Source: Candidatus Latescibacterota bacterium (lineage in GTDB: Bacteria > Latescibacterota > UBA2968 > UBA8231). Taken from it: 64,000 nucleotides of DNA. The stretch is taken from NCBI GenBank assembly GCA_965217585.1, contig OZ244561.1:1920001-1984000 (forward strand), in the 5' to 3' direction. Shown piece by piece: positions 28,567-37,980 of the stretch; the first letter of the stretch is position 1, and the number at the start of each line of letters is the position of its first letter. The notes beneath the pieces were generated by a model that was not told the origin of the DNA, searched no databases, and saw only the letters and a program-made list of their open reading frames with translations. Both the position numbers and the translations under genes were made by a program.

Positions 28567-29955
28567 ATGATCTTGACGCTAGCTATCGGAATATTGCTAT
28601 CTACAGTACACGACAATCACGCAGAAACACCGACACAGCGCGCCCCGACCGCACTGCGCTGCGGCACCCCCTACTTGCTCCAAGCCATGGACGCAAGCAC
28701 CGAGCACCAGCGTCTAAAACTTGTGCAGCGCCGGCCTAGCACGCAGCACCAACTATTAACGCCTTCCGGCCATTTCCGCGTCCACTACGACACCGAAGGC
28801 CGCGACGCGATTGATCTCACGGACGACGACGCGAATGGCATCCCGGACTACATCGACCTAGCCGTCACCGTCCTCGATAGCATCTGGGTGTTGGAAGTAG
28901 AACAACTCGGCTACTATGCACACGGAGACGGCAGTTGGTGGCAGGAATCAACCTCGACTTGGATGGAGGAAGTCGCCTATCCGCACATCGACGATTATCT
29001 CCAGTACTTGACCTACTTCCTCGGCGAGCCCCAACGCGCCCTCAACTCCGGCCGTCCCAAAGAACTTCATCTCTACGGCACCTCGATCTTTTCCCACTTT
29101 CTCGATCAGCACTATAGCCGCGATCTCAATCGCCTGATCTGGGAAGAACTCAAGGAGCGCGGAAGCGTCAATCTCGATCATTTCGACCGCGTCCTCCGCC
29201 AAGTTGAGCCGGGGGGGCTAGGGGTCGTCGCGGGCGAATTTGCCGTCTGGAACTACTTCACCGGCACTCGCCACCGCGACGAATACTATGCCGAAGGAGA
29301 TAAATACCCGTCCGTCCTCATCCGCGACATGGATGTTGCCGCAGCGGTCGTCCGCGACACCAGCCTGATAGATGCCACCGGCAGCGTCTATCTGCGCCTT
29401 CAGCCGCAACTGCGCCCAGGCGGAGTCGATTTATTCTTAGACTCGATCCGTGGAGCGTGGCGTCGCCATTTGCTCTTAGTCGGCCCCGACACCCTCTCCG
29501 TGCAGCTAGTCTCCGAGCCGACGATCCGCATCAGCGGCTGGGATCAGTTCGACGAGATCGTCCTCGTCGCCTCCTCAGCCGAGCGCACTGGCTTGGCCTA
29601 CCAGCACCTCTTTACCGCGCAATTCGACCCCAACCTAACCGACCGCCCGGCCGCCCTCGCCACCCTGCTCAAGCCCAACTACCCCAACCCGTTCCGCCCC
29701 GGCCAACACGCGCACACCCGGCTGGCGTTCGACTTAGCCTTCCCCAGCATGGAAACCCGCCTCGCGCTCTTTACTGCCAACGGCACGCTCGTCTGGGAGC
29801 AAGACTTAGGCGAGCGTGCAGCGCGCGAAGACCACGCTGTACTGTGGGATGGCCGCAACCTCGCCGGCAACCTCGTGGCCAGCGGCATCTATCATCTGCT
29901 CCTCGAAGCCGACGGCACGGCGGCCAAGCGCTCGCTAGCGGTGGTGCGCCATTGA
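28567..29955 (+). CDS. Tandem paralogue of the metallopeptidase lacking the HExxH segment (pseudoenzyme or pseudogene)
   Basis: Colinear with the upstream gene, but reads EQLGY|YAHGDGSWW where the paralogue has 81 additional residues. Confidence 0.75.
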   Translation: MILTLAIGILLSTVHDNHAETPTQRAPTALRCGTPYLLQAMDASTEHQRLKLVQRRPSTQHQLLTPSGHFRVHYDTEGRDAIDLTDDDANGIPDYIDLAVTVLDSIWVLEVEQLGYYAHGDGSWWQESTSTWMEEVAYPHIDDYLQYLTYFLGEPQRALNSGRPKELHLYGTSIFSHFLDQHYSRDLNRLIWEELKERGSVNLDHFDRVLRQVEPGGLGVVAGEFAVWNYFTGTRHRDEYYAEGDKYPSVLIRDMDVAAAVVRDTSLIDATGSVYLRLQPQLRPGGVDLFLDSIRGAWRRHLLLVGPDTLSVQLVSEPTIRISGWDQFDEIVLVASSAERTGLAYQHLFTAQFDPNLTDRPAALATLLKPNYPNPFRPGQHAHTRLAFDLAFPSMETRLALFTANGTLVWEQDLGERAAREDHAVLWDGRNLAGNLVASGIYHLLLEADGTAAKRSLAVVRH

Positions 29956-31886
29956 TACCTTCATCCCCGCGCCGCGTCTCCCTCCGCGCCATCGCCATCG
30001 GGGCCATCGGCTGCCTCGCCATCGCCGCGGGCGAACCGTTTGGCGTCTTGGTGATGCGAAGCTCGCCCATGGCCGCCGACTACTCAACCGGCGCGGCCCT
30101 GTTCTTGTTTTTTCTTTTTACCTTACTAATCAACCCGCTCGCCCAATGGCTCACCGGTACCAGCCTGCACACCGGCGAGCTGGCCACCGTGTACATAATG
30201 ATGGTCGTGGGGGCCGCCATTCCCTCTTGGGGCCTGACCATGAACCTGATCCCGCTCCTCGGCGGGTTCTTTTACTACGCCACTCCGGAAAACGACTGGG
30301 CCAATACCATCCAGCCCTATATATCGCAGCTCCTCGTGCCGGAAGACAGCGCCGCCATCCAAAAGCTGTTCGAAGGCAACGCCCAAGGCGAACGCATCCC
30401 TTGGGGAGCTTGGGCGACGCCGCTGATGGCGTGGAGCCTGTTTGTCGTCAACATGTACTTCACCACGCTGTGCGTGCTCGTCGTACTGCGCAAACAGTGG
30501 GTCGAGCGCGAGCGGCTCAACTTCCCGCTGGCCACCTTGCCCATCGAAATGAGCGCCCGCACCAAGGACCAAGCCGTCGCACCCTTTTACCGCAATTACC
30601 TGACCTGGGTCGGCTTTGCCATTCCCGCGCTCATCGGCTCGGTCAACGCCCTGCACCGCTATTTCAACTTCGTCCCACAGATTGACCTAAACCTCTGGGT
30701 GCCCCTTTTGCGCCGCTCCATCTGGGTCAACTTTCGCCCGCACTTCGAGGTCGTCGGCCTGTCTTACTTGCTCAATCTCGACATCTCCATGGGCGTGTGG
30801 TTTTTTGCCTTCCTCAACATGGTGGCCATCGGCTTGTGCCGCATGGCAGGGTGGAACATCGGCCCAGAGCAACCCTATTCCTCGCCCTCCCCGCCCAGCC
30901 TCGCCCACATCGCCCTCGGTGCGTTGTTTTTTCTCGTGCTGTCCAGCTTGTGGAGCGGGCGTCAGCACTTGCGCCAGGTCTGGCGCAAGGCCCTGCGCGG
31001 CGACGACTCCATCGACGACAGCGGGGAATTGCTCTCGTACCGGGTGGCGGTATTCGGCTTTCTCATCAGCTTTTTGCTCGGCCTAACCGCTCTCTACGCC
31101 ACCAACATGAACCTGCCGACCGCCTTTGTCTTTCAGCTTTCGGCCCTCGTGATCTTCGTCGGCCTGGCCCGCATCATCTCGCAGGCCGGGCTGGCCTATT
31201 GTCGCGCTCCAGTGGCTCCGGCCGTGTTTACCGTCAACACCCTTGGGTCGTCGTCGGTGGGAGCCCCGGGCCTGACGGCACTGGCGCTCAACTTCCCGTG
31301 GTCGGCCGACATCCGCACCTTTGTCATGGCCTCGGCCGCTACGGGCCTCAAGCTAGCGGAAGTGACGCGCCTCGAATACCGCCGCTTGTTCTGGGCCATT
31401 GCCGCGGCCATTGTCGTCACTATGGTCGGCTCGATCACCGCGGTCATCCACCTCGCTTACTCCTACGGCGGCATCAATCTGAGCAGTTGGCAGTTCGGCT
31501 ATATGACGACCTATACCGGCAACTGGATCACCAACAACCTCAACAACCTCCAGCCCACCCACGTTTGGCATTTGTCCTTTGCCGGCCTCGGCGCGCTGTT
31601 GATGGGCCTGTTGACGTTTATAAAAAACCGCTTCGTCGGCTTTCCCATTCACCCCATCGGCTTGGCCATCGGGCTGCCGCATCCCGTGCAGCTAATCTGG
31701 CCGTCGGTCTTTATGGCTTGGCTGCTCAAGGCGCTCATTCTCAAATACGGCGGCCCCCGGCTCTACACCCGCCTGCGCCCGTTCTTTTTGGGGCTAGTGC
31801 TGGGCGCGTTTGGCACGGCCGGCCTCTGGCTCATCATCGACTCCTTCACCGGCCTGACGGGCAACCGGCTGATTAACATCGGCTGA
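29952..31886 (+). CDS. DUF6785/DUF6784-type membrane protein, paralogue of 17462..19399
   Basis: Same motifs (YYATPEND, LRKQWVERERL.FPL, ILKYGG); TTG start overlapping the previous stop. Confidence 0.75.
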   Translation: MIPSSPRRVSLRAIAIGAIGCLAIAAGEPFGVLVMRSSPMAADYSTGAALFLFFLFTLLINPLAQWLTGTSLHTGELATVYIMMVVGAAIPSWGLTMNLIPLLGGFFYYATPENDWANTIQPYISQLLVPEDSAAIQKLFEGNAQGERIPWGAWATPLMAWSLFVVNMYFTTLCVLVVLRKQWVERERLNFPLATLPIEMSARTKDQAVAPFYRNYLTWVGFAIPALIGSVNALHRYFNFVPQIDLNLWVPLLRRSIWVNFRPHFEVVGLSYLLNLDISMGVWFFAFLNMVAIGLCRMAGWNIGPEQPYSSPSPPSLAHIALGALFFLVLSSLWSGRQHLRQVWRKALRGDDSIDDSGELLSYRVAVFGFLISFLLGLTALYATNMNLPTAFVFQLSALVIFVGLARIISQAGLAYCRAPVAPAVFTVNTLGSSSVGAPGLTALALNFPWSADIRTFVMASAATGLKLAEVTRLEYRRLFWAIAAAIVVTMVGSITAVIHLAYSYGGINLSSWQFGYMTTYTGNWITNNLNNLQPTHVWHLSFAGLGALLMGLLTFIKNRFVGFPIHPIGLAIGLPHPVQLIWPSVFMAWLLKALILKYGGPRLYTRLRPFFLGLVLGAFGTAGLWLIIDSFTGLTGNRLINIG

Positions 31887-32918
31887 TTACAACTCGTGAT
31901 CGATGCCGAGCTTGATCGAACGCTCGGGATGCTGGTCGATCTCCATGTAGGCGTCGGCCGCCTGCGCAAAGGGCACAATCGGGTCAATGAGGTCGTCGGC
32001 TTGCAGACGGCCTTCGACCAACAGGGCCAGTGACTCCTCGCGGATGCGGGCGAAATTCCAGCTCGCCTGCGGCAACGGCTCGCTGCAAGCGCGGCTGGAG
32101 ATGACCTGAATGCGGTTGCGGTGCCACTCGCCGGCCAAGCGCAAGCCCTGCTCCCCGTGGTAATACGCGGTCGAGACCAAGGTGCCGGCGTAGCAGGTCG
32201 CGCGCATGGCGTCTTCAAACGCGCGGTAGGAACCGCTCGTTTCAAAGGCGATGTCCGCGCCGATTTTGTCGGTATGCTGCTTGATCTCCAAGCCAGCGTC
32301 CAGTGCCACCGGGTCCAGCGCCAAATCGGCACCGTGGCGCAGGGCCGCGGCGCGTCGCCGCTCAATGGGATCGACAACCGCCACCCAGCGCGCACCGCAC
32401 AGACGCGCGGCCTGCGCGACCATCAGCCCGATAGCACCGAGTCCAAAGACGGCGACGCGGTCCCCCAAACGCACCGCGCCATCGCGCACCGCGCCGACGG
32501 CAAAGTCGGCCGGATCCCAATACATAATGGCTTGCGGCGAGATTCCGTCTGGGGCCTTTTGCACGCGCGCCGCCGCTATCGTATGTGTTTCGCGGATGGG
32601 CAAATGCGCGAACACCCGGTCGCCTTCGCGCAGCGCGGTGACCTCGGCACCCACTTGGACGACCGCGCCCAAGCACATGTTGCCGAGGCGGCGGGGGAAG
32701 CCACTGGCCACCGATTCGCCGCGGCGGTGCAGGCGCAGTTCGCCGTCCCAGCGGTCGGAGGCGTCGGGCGTGTCGGCGCGGAAGCCGCGCAGCTCAGTGC
32801 CGTGCTTGACCGAACTGAAGAGGCTTTGGACGCGGATTTCGTCCGGGGCTAAGGACGGTTCTTGGTATGAACTGAGGACAGCGTGGCCGGGACGATCGGC
32901 AATCAATTCGAGCGGCAT
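31887..32918 (-). CDS. MDR/zinc-binding alcohol dehydrogenase-like oxidoreductase
   Basis: SSVKHGTE, GDRVAVFGLGAIG, GADIAFETSG; AGGAG RBS before ATG 32918. Confidence 0.85.
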   Translation of the reverse strand: MPLELIADRPGHAVLSSYQEPSLAPDEIRVQSLFSSVKHGTELRGFRADTPDASDRWDGELRLHRRGESVASGFPRRLGNMCLGAVVQVGAEVTALREGDRVFAHLPIRETHTIAAARVQKAPDGISPQAIMYWDPADFAVGAVRDGAVRLGDRVAVFGLGAIGLMVAQAARLCGARWVAVVDPIERRRAAALRHGADLALDPVALDAGLEIKQHTDKIGADIAFETSGSYRAFEDAMRATCYAGTLVSTAYYHGEQGLRLAGEWHRNRIQVISSRACSEPLPQASWNFARIREESLALLVEGRLQADDLIDPIVPFAQAADAYMEIDQHPERSIKLGIDHEL

Positions 32919-32950
32919 GAGGTAAACTCCTATGAGAGAGGTCAAGTCGC

Positions 32951-33040
32951 GTTGACATGAACGGGCGGTTGCAACCATTGGACGTTGACATGAACGGGCA
33001 TTTGCAATCATGTTGACATGAATGGACGGGTTGCATATCA
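32951..33040. repeat. Three imperfect ~28-bp direct repeats
   Basis: GTTGACATGAAYGG.C..TTGCA units at 32951, 32984 and 33012. Confidence 0.85.
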
Positions 33041-33042
33041 GA

Positions 33043-33072
33043 TGTAGGGGCGACCGGCCGGTCGCCCCTACA
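33043..33072. repeat. GTAG-family REP-like perfect palindrome
   Basis: TGTAGGGGCGACCGGCCGGTCGCCCCTACA. Confidence 0.8.
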
Positions 33073-33107
33073 AATATGTATCTGTCAACACAACCTGATT
33101 ATAATTA

Positions 33108-34217
33108 ATGAACGCATACCAACGCTTCGTCCGCCCCCTCCTATTCCGCTGTGATCCAGAGCGCATCCACGAGCAGGCCCTCGCGCTTGGCGAGCGGGTC
33201 GGTTCTTCCGCGCTTGGCCGCCATCTGCTTTCCAGCCTCTTTGCCTTTGCGGACGCGCGGTTGGCAACCCAAGTGGGCGGCTTGCGCTTTGCCAATCCGC
33301 TGGGCATGGCGGCGGGGTTCGACAAAAACGGTCGGGTGATCCAAGCGCTGGCGGCCATGGGCTTTGGGTTCGTGGAGGTGGGGTCGGTATCGGCGCATCC
33401 TTCGGCTGGGAATCCGCGGCCTCGCTTGTTCCGCTTGCCGTTAGACGAGGCCATTGTAGTCAACTACGGGGTGCCCAACGACGGGGCCGTGGTCGTAGCA
33501 GATCGCGTGTCTCAGCGGCCGACGACCGTGCCCCTAGGCATCAACCTAGTCGAAACCAATACCGGGCAGCCTATTGCACCCGATGCGGTCGTGGCGGAGC
33601 TCGCCGCGGCCCTAGTGCCCTTTGTCGGGCGGGCCGATTACATCGCGTTCAACCTCAATTGTCCGAACACCACCGGCGGCGTCAGCCCATTCACCGGCGG
33701 GGATCACCTGCGCGACCTGCTGCGCGAATGCGCTGCCATCGACGACCTGCCCCCGATCTTTCTCAAGCTCACGGCGCACACCGATCCGGCGCGGCTGGAC
33801 TGGATGCTGGAGGCGGTCGATCCGTTTGCTTTCGTCAAGGGCTTCATCTTCAACCTGCCGCCGGGAACGAACTATCCCCTCAAGTCGCCAGCCCACCTCC
33901 TAGCCTCCCTGCCCGGAACCTTGTGCGGCCGGCCCGTTCAAGCCCTGATCGACGAAACCGTGCGCTTCTGGTACGGGCGGATTGACCGCCAGCGGCACGC
34001 GATCATCGGCGTGGGGGGGATTTCATCGGCCCGCGACGCCTACCGCAAAATTCGCCTCGGGGCTTCGCTCTTGCAGCTATACTCAGCGTTGGTTTTCAGG
34101 GGGCCGGGAGTCGTGCGGCAAATCAACGCGGGGCTAGCGCACCTGTTGGAGCGCGATGGGTTTGCCCAGGTGGCAGACGCAGTCGGCATCGACAACCAAG
34201 CAAAAGCAGCGGTGTAG
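33108..34217 (+). CDS. pyrD: Quinone-type dihydroorotate dehydrogenase (divergent)
   Basis: DPERIHE, NPLGMAAGFDKNG, GNPRPRLFRL, NLNCPNT, IIGVGGI, GASLLQLYSAL.F.GP. Confidence 0.8.
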   Translation: MNAYQRFVRPLLFRCDPERIHEQALALGERVGSSALGRHLLSSLFAFADARLATQVGGLRFANPLGMAAGFDKNGRVIQALAAMGFGFVEVGSVSAHPSAGNPRPRLFRLPLDEAIVVNYGVPNDGAVVVADRVSQRPTTVPLGINLVETNTGQPIAPDAVVAELAAALVPFVGRADYIAFNLNCPNTTGGVSPFTGGDHLRDLLRECAAIDDLPPIFLKLTAHTDPARLDWMLEAVDPFAFVKGFIFNLPPGTNYPLKSPAHLLASLPGTLCGRPVQALIDETVRFWYGRIDRQRHAIIGVGGISSARDAYRKIRLGASLLQLYSALVFRGPGVVRQINAGLAHLLERDGFAQVADAVGIDNQAKAAV

Positions 34218-34223
34218 CGATCC

Positions 34224-35111
34224 CTACCGAATGCGGGGGTTGATCTGCAAATCCCACGCACGCCAGTAGTACTTGAGCGGGTCGTCCGCGTCCCATTTGG
34301 CGTAAATGTCCTCCCAATCCGTAAAGTTCATGTGCGGCTCCAGCGAATCTTCGCGGACGGGGTGGCTCATGGGCTGATAGCGGTAGTCGAGCGAGATGCG
34401 CAGGCGATCGCCGCTTTCGTTGTCCTGGCCCTGATGAGCGGTGAGGCTATGGCATATCAGCACGTCGCCAGCGCAAAAGTCGCCGCCCGCCCACAGCGTA
34501 TCCTCGGGCAGCTCGACGGCGTTACCGCCGGCACCGGTCGCCTTTTTGACCCCTAGCTTGCCCAGCTTGTGGCTGCCCGGTGCCAGCGCCAAGCTGCCCA
34601 GTGTGGCCGGACAGTCGCCAGCCGGGATCCAAGCGGTCCACGTCTCGTCGGTGCCGCCGATGTAGAAATTGTCTTGGTGCGGCGGGGTGGTGTGCGTTAG
34701 GGCGTTGGGAAAAATTACCCGGCAGATATTGCGGCTGTGGGGCAGGGCATCCTCGCCGAAGAGCGCTGCAAACATCGCCAAAATCGCCGGGTGCAGAGCC
34801 AAGGAGTTGAAGGCGCGCAATCGCTGGACATCGGTGTAAAAGGCGATCCACTCGGGCGAGAGGCCTTCGATGAAAAGCTGCCCGTCGCGGGAGATTCCGT
34901 CCATCAAGGGCGCGTCGTCGTCGAGCCAGCCGTGCTTTTGGCATACTTCGAGGATCTGGCGGCGCAGGTCGAGCACCGACTCTGTATCCAACAGCGATCG
35001 GAAGAACAAATAGCCCTGCTCGGCCGCGCGCTCGCGCAATGCGTCGGGCGCGTCGAGCAGAGGGGTGGAATCGACGAAAGGTTCGAGGTTGAGCATGGTT
35101 TGCTGGGCCAT
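34224..35111 (-). CDS. PhyH family Fe(II)/2OG dioxygenase
   Basis: TPPHQD, TAWIP, PGSHK, AGDVLI.HSLTAH, RISLDYRY. Confidence 0.9.
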   Translation of the reverse strand: MAQQTMLNLEPFVDSTPLLDAPDALRERAAEQGYLFFRSLLDTESVLDLRRQILEVCQKHGWLDDDAPLMDGISRDGQLFIEGLSPEWIAFYTDVQRLRAFNSLALHPAILAMFAALFGEDALPHSRNICRVIFPNALTHTTPPHQDNFYIGGTDETWTAWIPAGDCPATLGSLALAPGSHKLGKLGVKKATGAGGNAVELPEDTLWAGGDFCAGDVLICHSLTAHQGQDNESGDRLRISLDYRYQPMSHPVREDSLEPHMNFTDWEDIYAKWDADDPLKYYWRAWDLQINPRIR

Positions 35112-35115
35112 TGAA

Positions 35116-35568
35116 TCACTCCTGTTCTTTGTCCCAAAAGGCTTGTAAAATGTCGATGTACTCGGCGGAAAGTCCGTGTTCGGTAGCTCCCTGAATCACG
35201 GCCTTGAGGTATTCTTTCGAGGGCGGATAGTGGTGCCCGGCGTCGAGACGAGAAAGATAAGTCCAAACTTCGCCGAGCTTAGGTATCGTTATCTTGTCCC
35301 GCCGGTACTTGGTGCCCTCGCTTTCGTAGTGGTCGAGGCGTCTGAAGTCGTCCGCCGTCATTTCGTATATGACACCCTCGACGTAAGCGTCCTCGTTGGG
35401 CCGGATGCTGGCCACGCCCATACCGCTGCGTGTGAAGGAGATCATCGGAAAACATAGCTCATAGCCTTCTACGCGCACCACAGAGTGGAGACGGGCACCC
35501 GGGCAGCGGGCCTGCATCTGGTGCTTGAGCAAGTTGGACCCATAGGTGAAGTAGAGCATTTCGGCCAT
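35116..35568 (-). CDS. Gamma-glutamylcyclotransferase (AIG2-like)
   Basis: YFTYGSNL, VEGVIYE, LDHYE, PS.EYL..V..GA.EHGL. Confidence 0.88.
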   Translation of the reverse strand: MAEMLYFTYGSNLLKHQMQARCPGARLHSVVRVEGYELCFPMISFTRSGMGVASIRPNEDAYVEGVIYEMTADDFRRLDHYESEGTKYRRDKITIPKLGEVWTYLSRLDAGHHYPPSKEYLKAVIQGATEHGLSAEYIDILQAFWDKEQE

Positions 35569-35610
35569 TACCCGACCTCTTTCTGTTGGAGGAGAGCCAT
35601 ACCGTGCACG

Positions 35611-36783
35611 CTACCACCCCTTCCACGAGCCATCGGCGTGCCGATACTGGCGATAGGCCATCGGCTGGTAGGGCAGCGCAGCCAGATCGGCTTCCTTGAC
35701 CTCAACGCCGAGGCCGGGCGCGTCGGAGAGGGCAATATGGCCACCCTCGACGCGCCAATCGTGCTCGACATAGCGGTCGTAGATCGAAAGCCAGAAGTGG
35801 TTGGTCTCTTGGATGAGGAAATTGCCCATCAGCGCATCGGCCTGCAGGGTCGCCGCCGTGCAGAGGGGGCCGCCGGCGTTGTGCGGAGCCATCAGCATCT
35901 GTTCGGCTGCGGCGGCGCGGGCGATTTCAAGCAGATGCGCGATGCCGAAACAGTGGGTGAGATCCGGCTGCAAATAGGCGCAGGCGCGCTCGGCGATTAG
36001 AGGACGGAATTGTTCCAATGTAAACAGCTTCTCTCCGGTGGCGATGGGGACGGGGCTTTTGCGAGCCACTTCTAAGAGGGCGGCCACCGAGCCGGTCTTG
36101 ACCGGCTCTTCGAGTAGCAGCGGGCGGCAGGCCGCGGTGCGCCGCGCGAATTCGACGCTCATTTCGGGGGTGGGACTGCCGTGGGCGTCGAGGAGGATGT
36201 CGAACTCGGCACCCACTTCCCGCCGCATCGCTTCAACGCAAGCGACCGAGTGGTCGATGGCCGCGCCATCCATTGGCCACGTGCGGCTCTCCAGGGGATT
36301 GCCTTTGACGCCGGCAAAGCCCTGATCTTGGATCTGACGCGCGCCCGCAGCGGCTTCTTCCGGCGAGGCAAAGCTGCCGCCGTTACTATAGACGCGGATT
36401 TTGTCGCGCCGCTGGCCGCCCAACAGGGCATGGACCGGCACGCCATAGGCTTTGCCCACTAGGTCGTGCAGGGCGGCGTCAATGGCGGCGATGGCCGTGC
36501 CGAAGACGGGGCCGCCCTTCCACGGCAGGCGGTTTTGGATATCCTCGGTTAGCGCGCGGTAATGGAGCGGATCGCGGTCCAAGAGCAGCTCTTGCCACTC
36601 GGCGAGCGTGGCCTCGACCGAGGGCACCAGCCACTCGCCACTGCCCTCGCCCCAGCCACTGAGGCCGACATCCGTCTCGATCTTGAAGAACAGCCACGTC
36701 TTGGAAGAACTGGCAATCAGCGCGGCGGTGTCTTGGCCCGTGGGGACACTGAATTTGTAGGTTTTGGTTGCGGTAATTTTCAC
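35611..36783 (-). CDS. Mandelate racemase/galactonate dehydratase-like enolase superfamily enzyme
   Basis: KIETD.G.SGWGE, AID.AL.D..GK, LLDAHG, EEP, PIATGE, QPD, APHN; GTG start. Confidence 0.9.
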   Translation of the reverse strand: MKITATKTYKFSVPTGQDTAALIASSSKTWLFFKIETDVGLSGWGEGSGEWLVPSVEATLAEWQELLLDRDPLHYRALTEDIQNRLPWKGGPVFGTAIAAIDAALHDLVGKAYGVPVHALLGGQRRDKIRVYSNGGSFASPEEAAAGARQIQDQGFAGVKGNPLESRTWPMDGAAIDHSVACVEAMRREVGAEFDILLDAHGSPTPEMSVEFARRTAACRPLLLEEPVKTGSVAALLEVARKSPVPIATGEKLFTLEQFRPLIAERACAYLQPDLTHCFGIAHLLEIARAAAAEQMLMAPHNAGGPLCTAATLQADALMGNFLIQETNHFWLSIYDRYVEHDWRVEGGHIALSDAPGLGVEVKEADLAALPYQPMAYRQYRHADGSWKGW

Positions 36784-36871
36784 GGCCGCATCCTGTGGAT
36801 TTTGACAAGCAGTGCGGATATAGTACCATTCAGGCTCGCCGCACGCAAACCCTCGTCTCCTCGGAGGAATC

Positions 36872-37960
36872 ATGGCCCAACAACGCTTTCAACGCACCGC
36901 GCCCAGCGACCTGCTCCGCGTAGGAATGATCACCGGCCCCGGCGGCCACTCTTACAATATCTGGGGCGAAAAGATGAATCCTCCGCCCGGCACCCTCCGC
37001 ACGACGGGCATGATGATGACCTGCGCTTGGTGCCTCGACGCGGAGATGCGCCAGCGCTTTGCGGAAAAGTACCCGGAGGTCCGCATGGTCGCCGATCCTC
37101 GGGACATGATCGGCCAAATCGACGGGGTGTACATCGACGACATCAACGCGATTTCGCTCTATCCCCTGTTGGCGCGGCCCTTTCTGGAGGCCGGCATTCC
37201 GACCTTTGTCAATCGTCCCTTTGCCACCTCTATGGCCAAGGGGCGGGAGATGGTGGAAACAGCCGCCCAACACGGCACGGCACTGTTGACCGCCTCGACT
37301 TGGGAGTTTTCCGAGAGCGTCGGCGATTTGCGCGCCAAGGCCGCGGATCTGCCCGACATCAAGGGCTATGTGGCTCATAACTCCATGAGCGACTACTACT
37401 CCCACGGCCTGCACGGCGTCTGGTACATCCACTCAATTTTGCGCGACGAGATGGCCAAGGGGCGGGGGCGGCTACGCGCCGCCGCGTACCACACCCCCAA
37501 TTGGCGGGTGCCTGGCGGGATGATCGTCTATGAGCACGAGAGTCCGATGCGCCCGTACTACGGGGCGCTGCACATGAGTTCGGGTGCCGACGGCAACGCC
37601 TATCTGCGGATCTTCGGCGACCACCGAGGCGATGCCGAGGGGCGGATTCCGGGCCGGGCCGGTTACTTCATGTACAACGCTTGGAACGCGCTCCAGCTCG
37701 GCATTCAGGAGATGTTCGAGACCGGCCAGTCGCCGGAGACGGGCGAGCAGCTTTTGGAGAAGCTGATGATGTTTCTCCTGCCCTTTTATTCGGTGTTGGA
37801 GCGCGGCGGCGGGCTAGTGCCGCGGGAGGAATTGGGCGACTGGGAGTTGCCGCCACCGTCCGCCGTGCTCATGGAAGACGGCCAGCCAACCGACAGCGCC
37901 TTTGCATCTCCCTACACCCAAGCCCAGTTCGAAGAAGCAGCGCGGACGCTGGGCGGGTAA
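36872..37960 (+). CDS. Gfo/Idh/MocA-like oxidoreductase (divergent)
   Basis: LRVGMI, PFLEAGIPTFVNRPFA, YYSHG.H; GGAGG RBS. Confidence 0.6.
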   Translation: MAQQRFQRTAPSDLLRVGMITGPGGHSYNIWGEKMNPPPGTLRTTGMMMTCAWCLDAEMRQRFAEKYPEVRMVADPRDMIGQIDGVYIDDINAISLYPLLARPFLEAGIPTFVNRPFATSMAKGREMVETAAQHGTALLTASTWEFSESVGDLRAKAADLPDIKGYVAHNSMSDYYSHGLHGVWYIHSILRDEMAKGRGRLRAAAYHTPNWRVPGGMIVYEHESPMRPYYGALHMSSGADGNAYLRIFGDHRGDAEGRIPGRAGYFMYNAWNALQLGIQEMFETGQSPETGEQLLEKLMMFLLPFYSVLERGGGLVPREELGDWELPPPSAVLMEDGQPTDSAFASPYTQAQFEEAARTLGG

Positions 37961-37980
37961 TCCCAGCGGAGGATGCGTCC

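Noticed and set aside
29457-29951. N-terminal extension of the second DUF6785 protein
   Set aside because: Overlaps the peptidase paralogue; homology to 17462 begins at about 29952.
32951-33040. Possible mini-CRISPR array
   Set aside because: Units abut or are 5 nt apart, with no spacers.
37681-37980. N-terminal extension of AAA copy 1 (624 aa in the track)
   Set aside because: Overlaps the upstream gene; the paralogue and the GGAGG RBS support ATG 37981.
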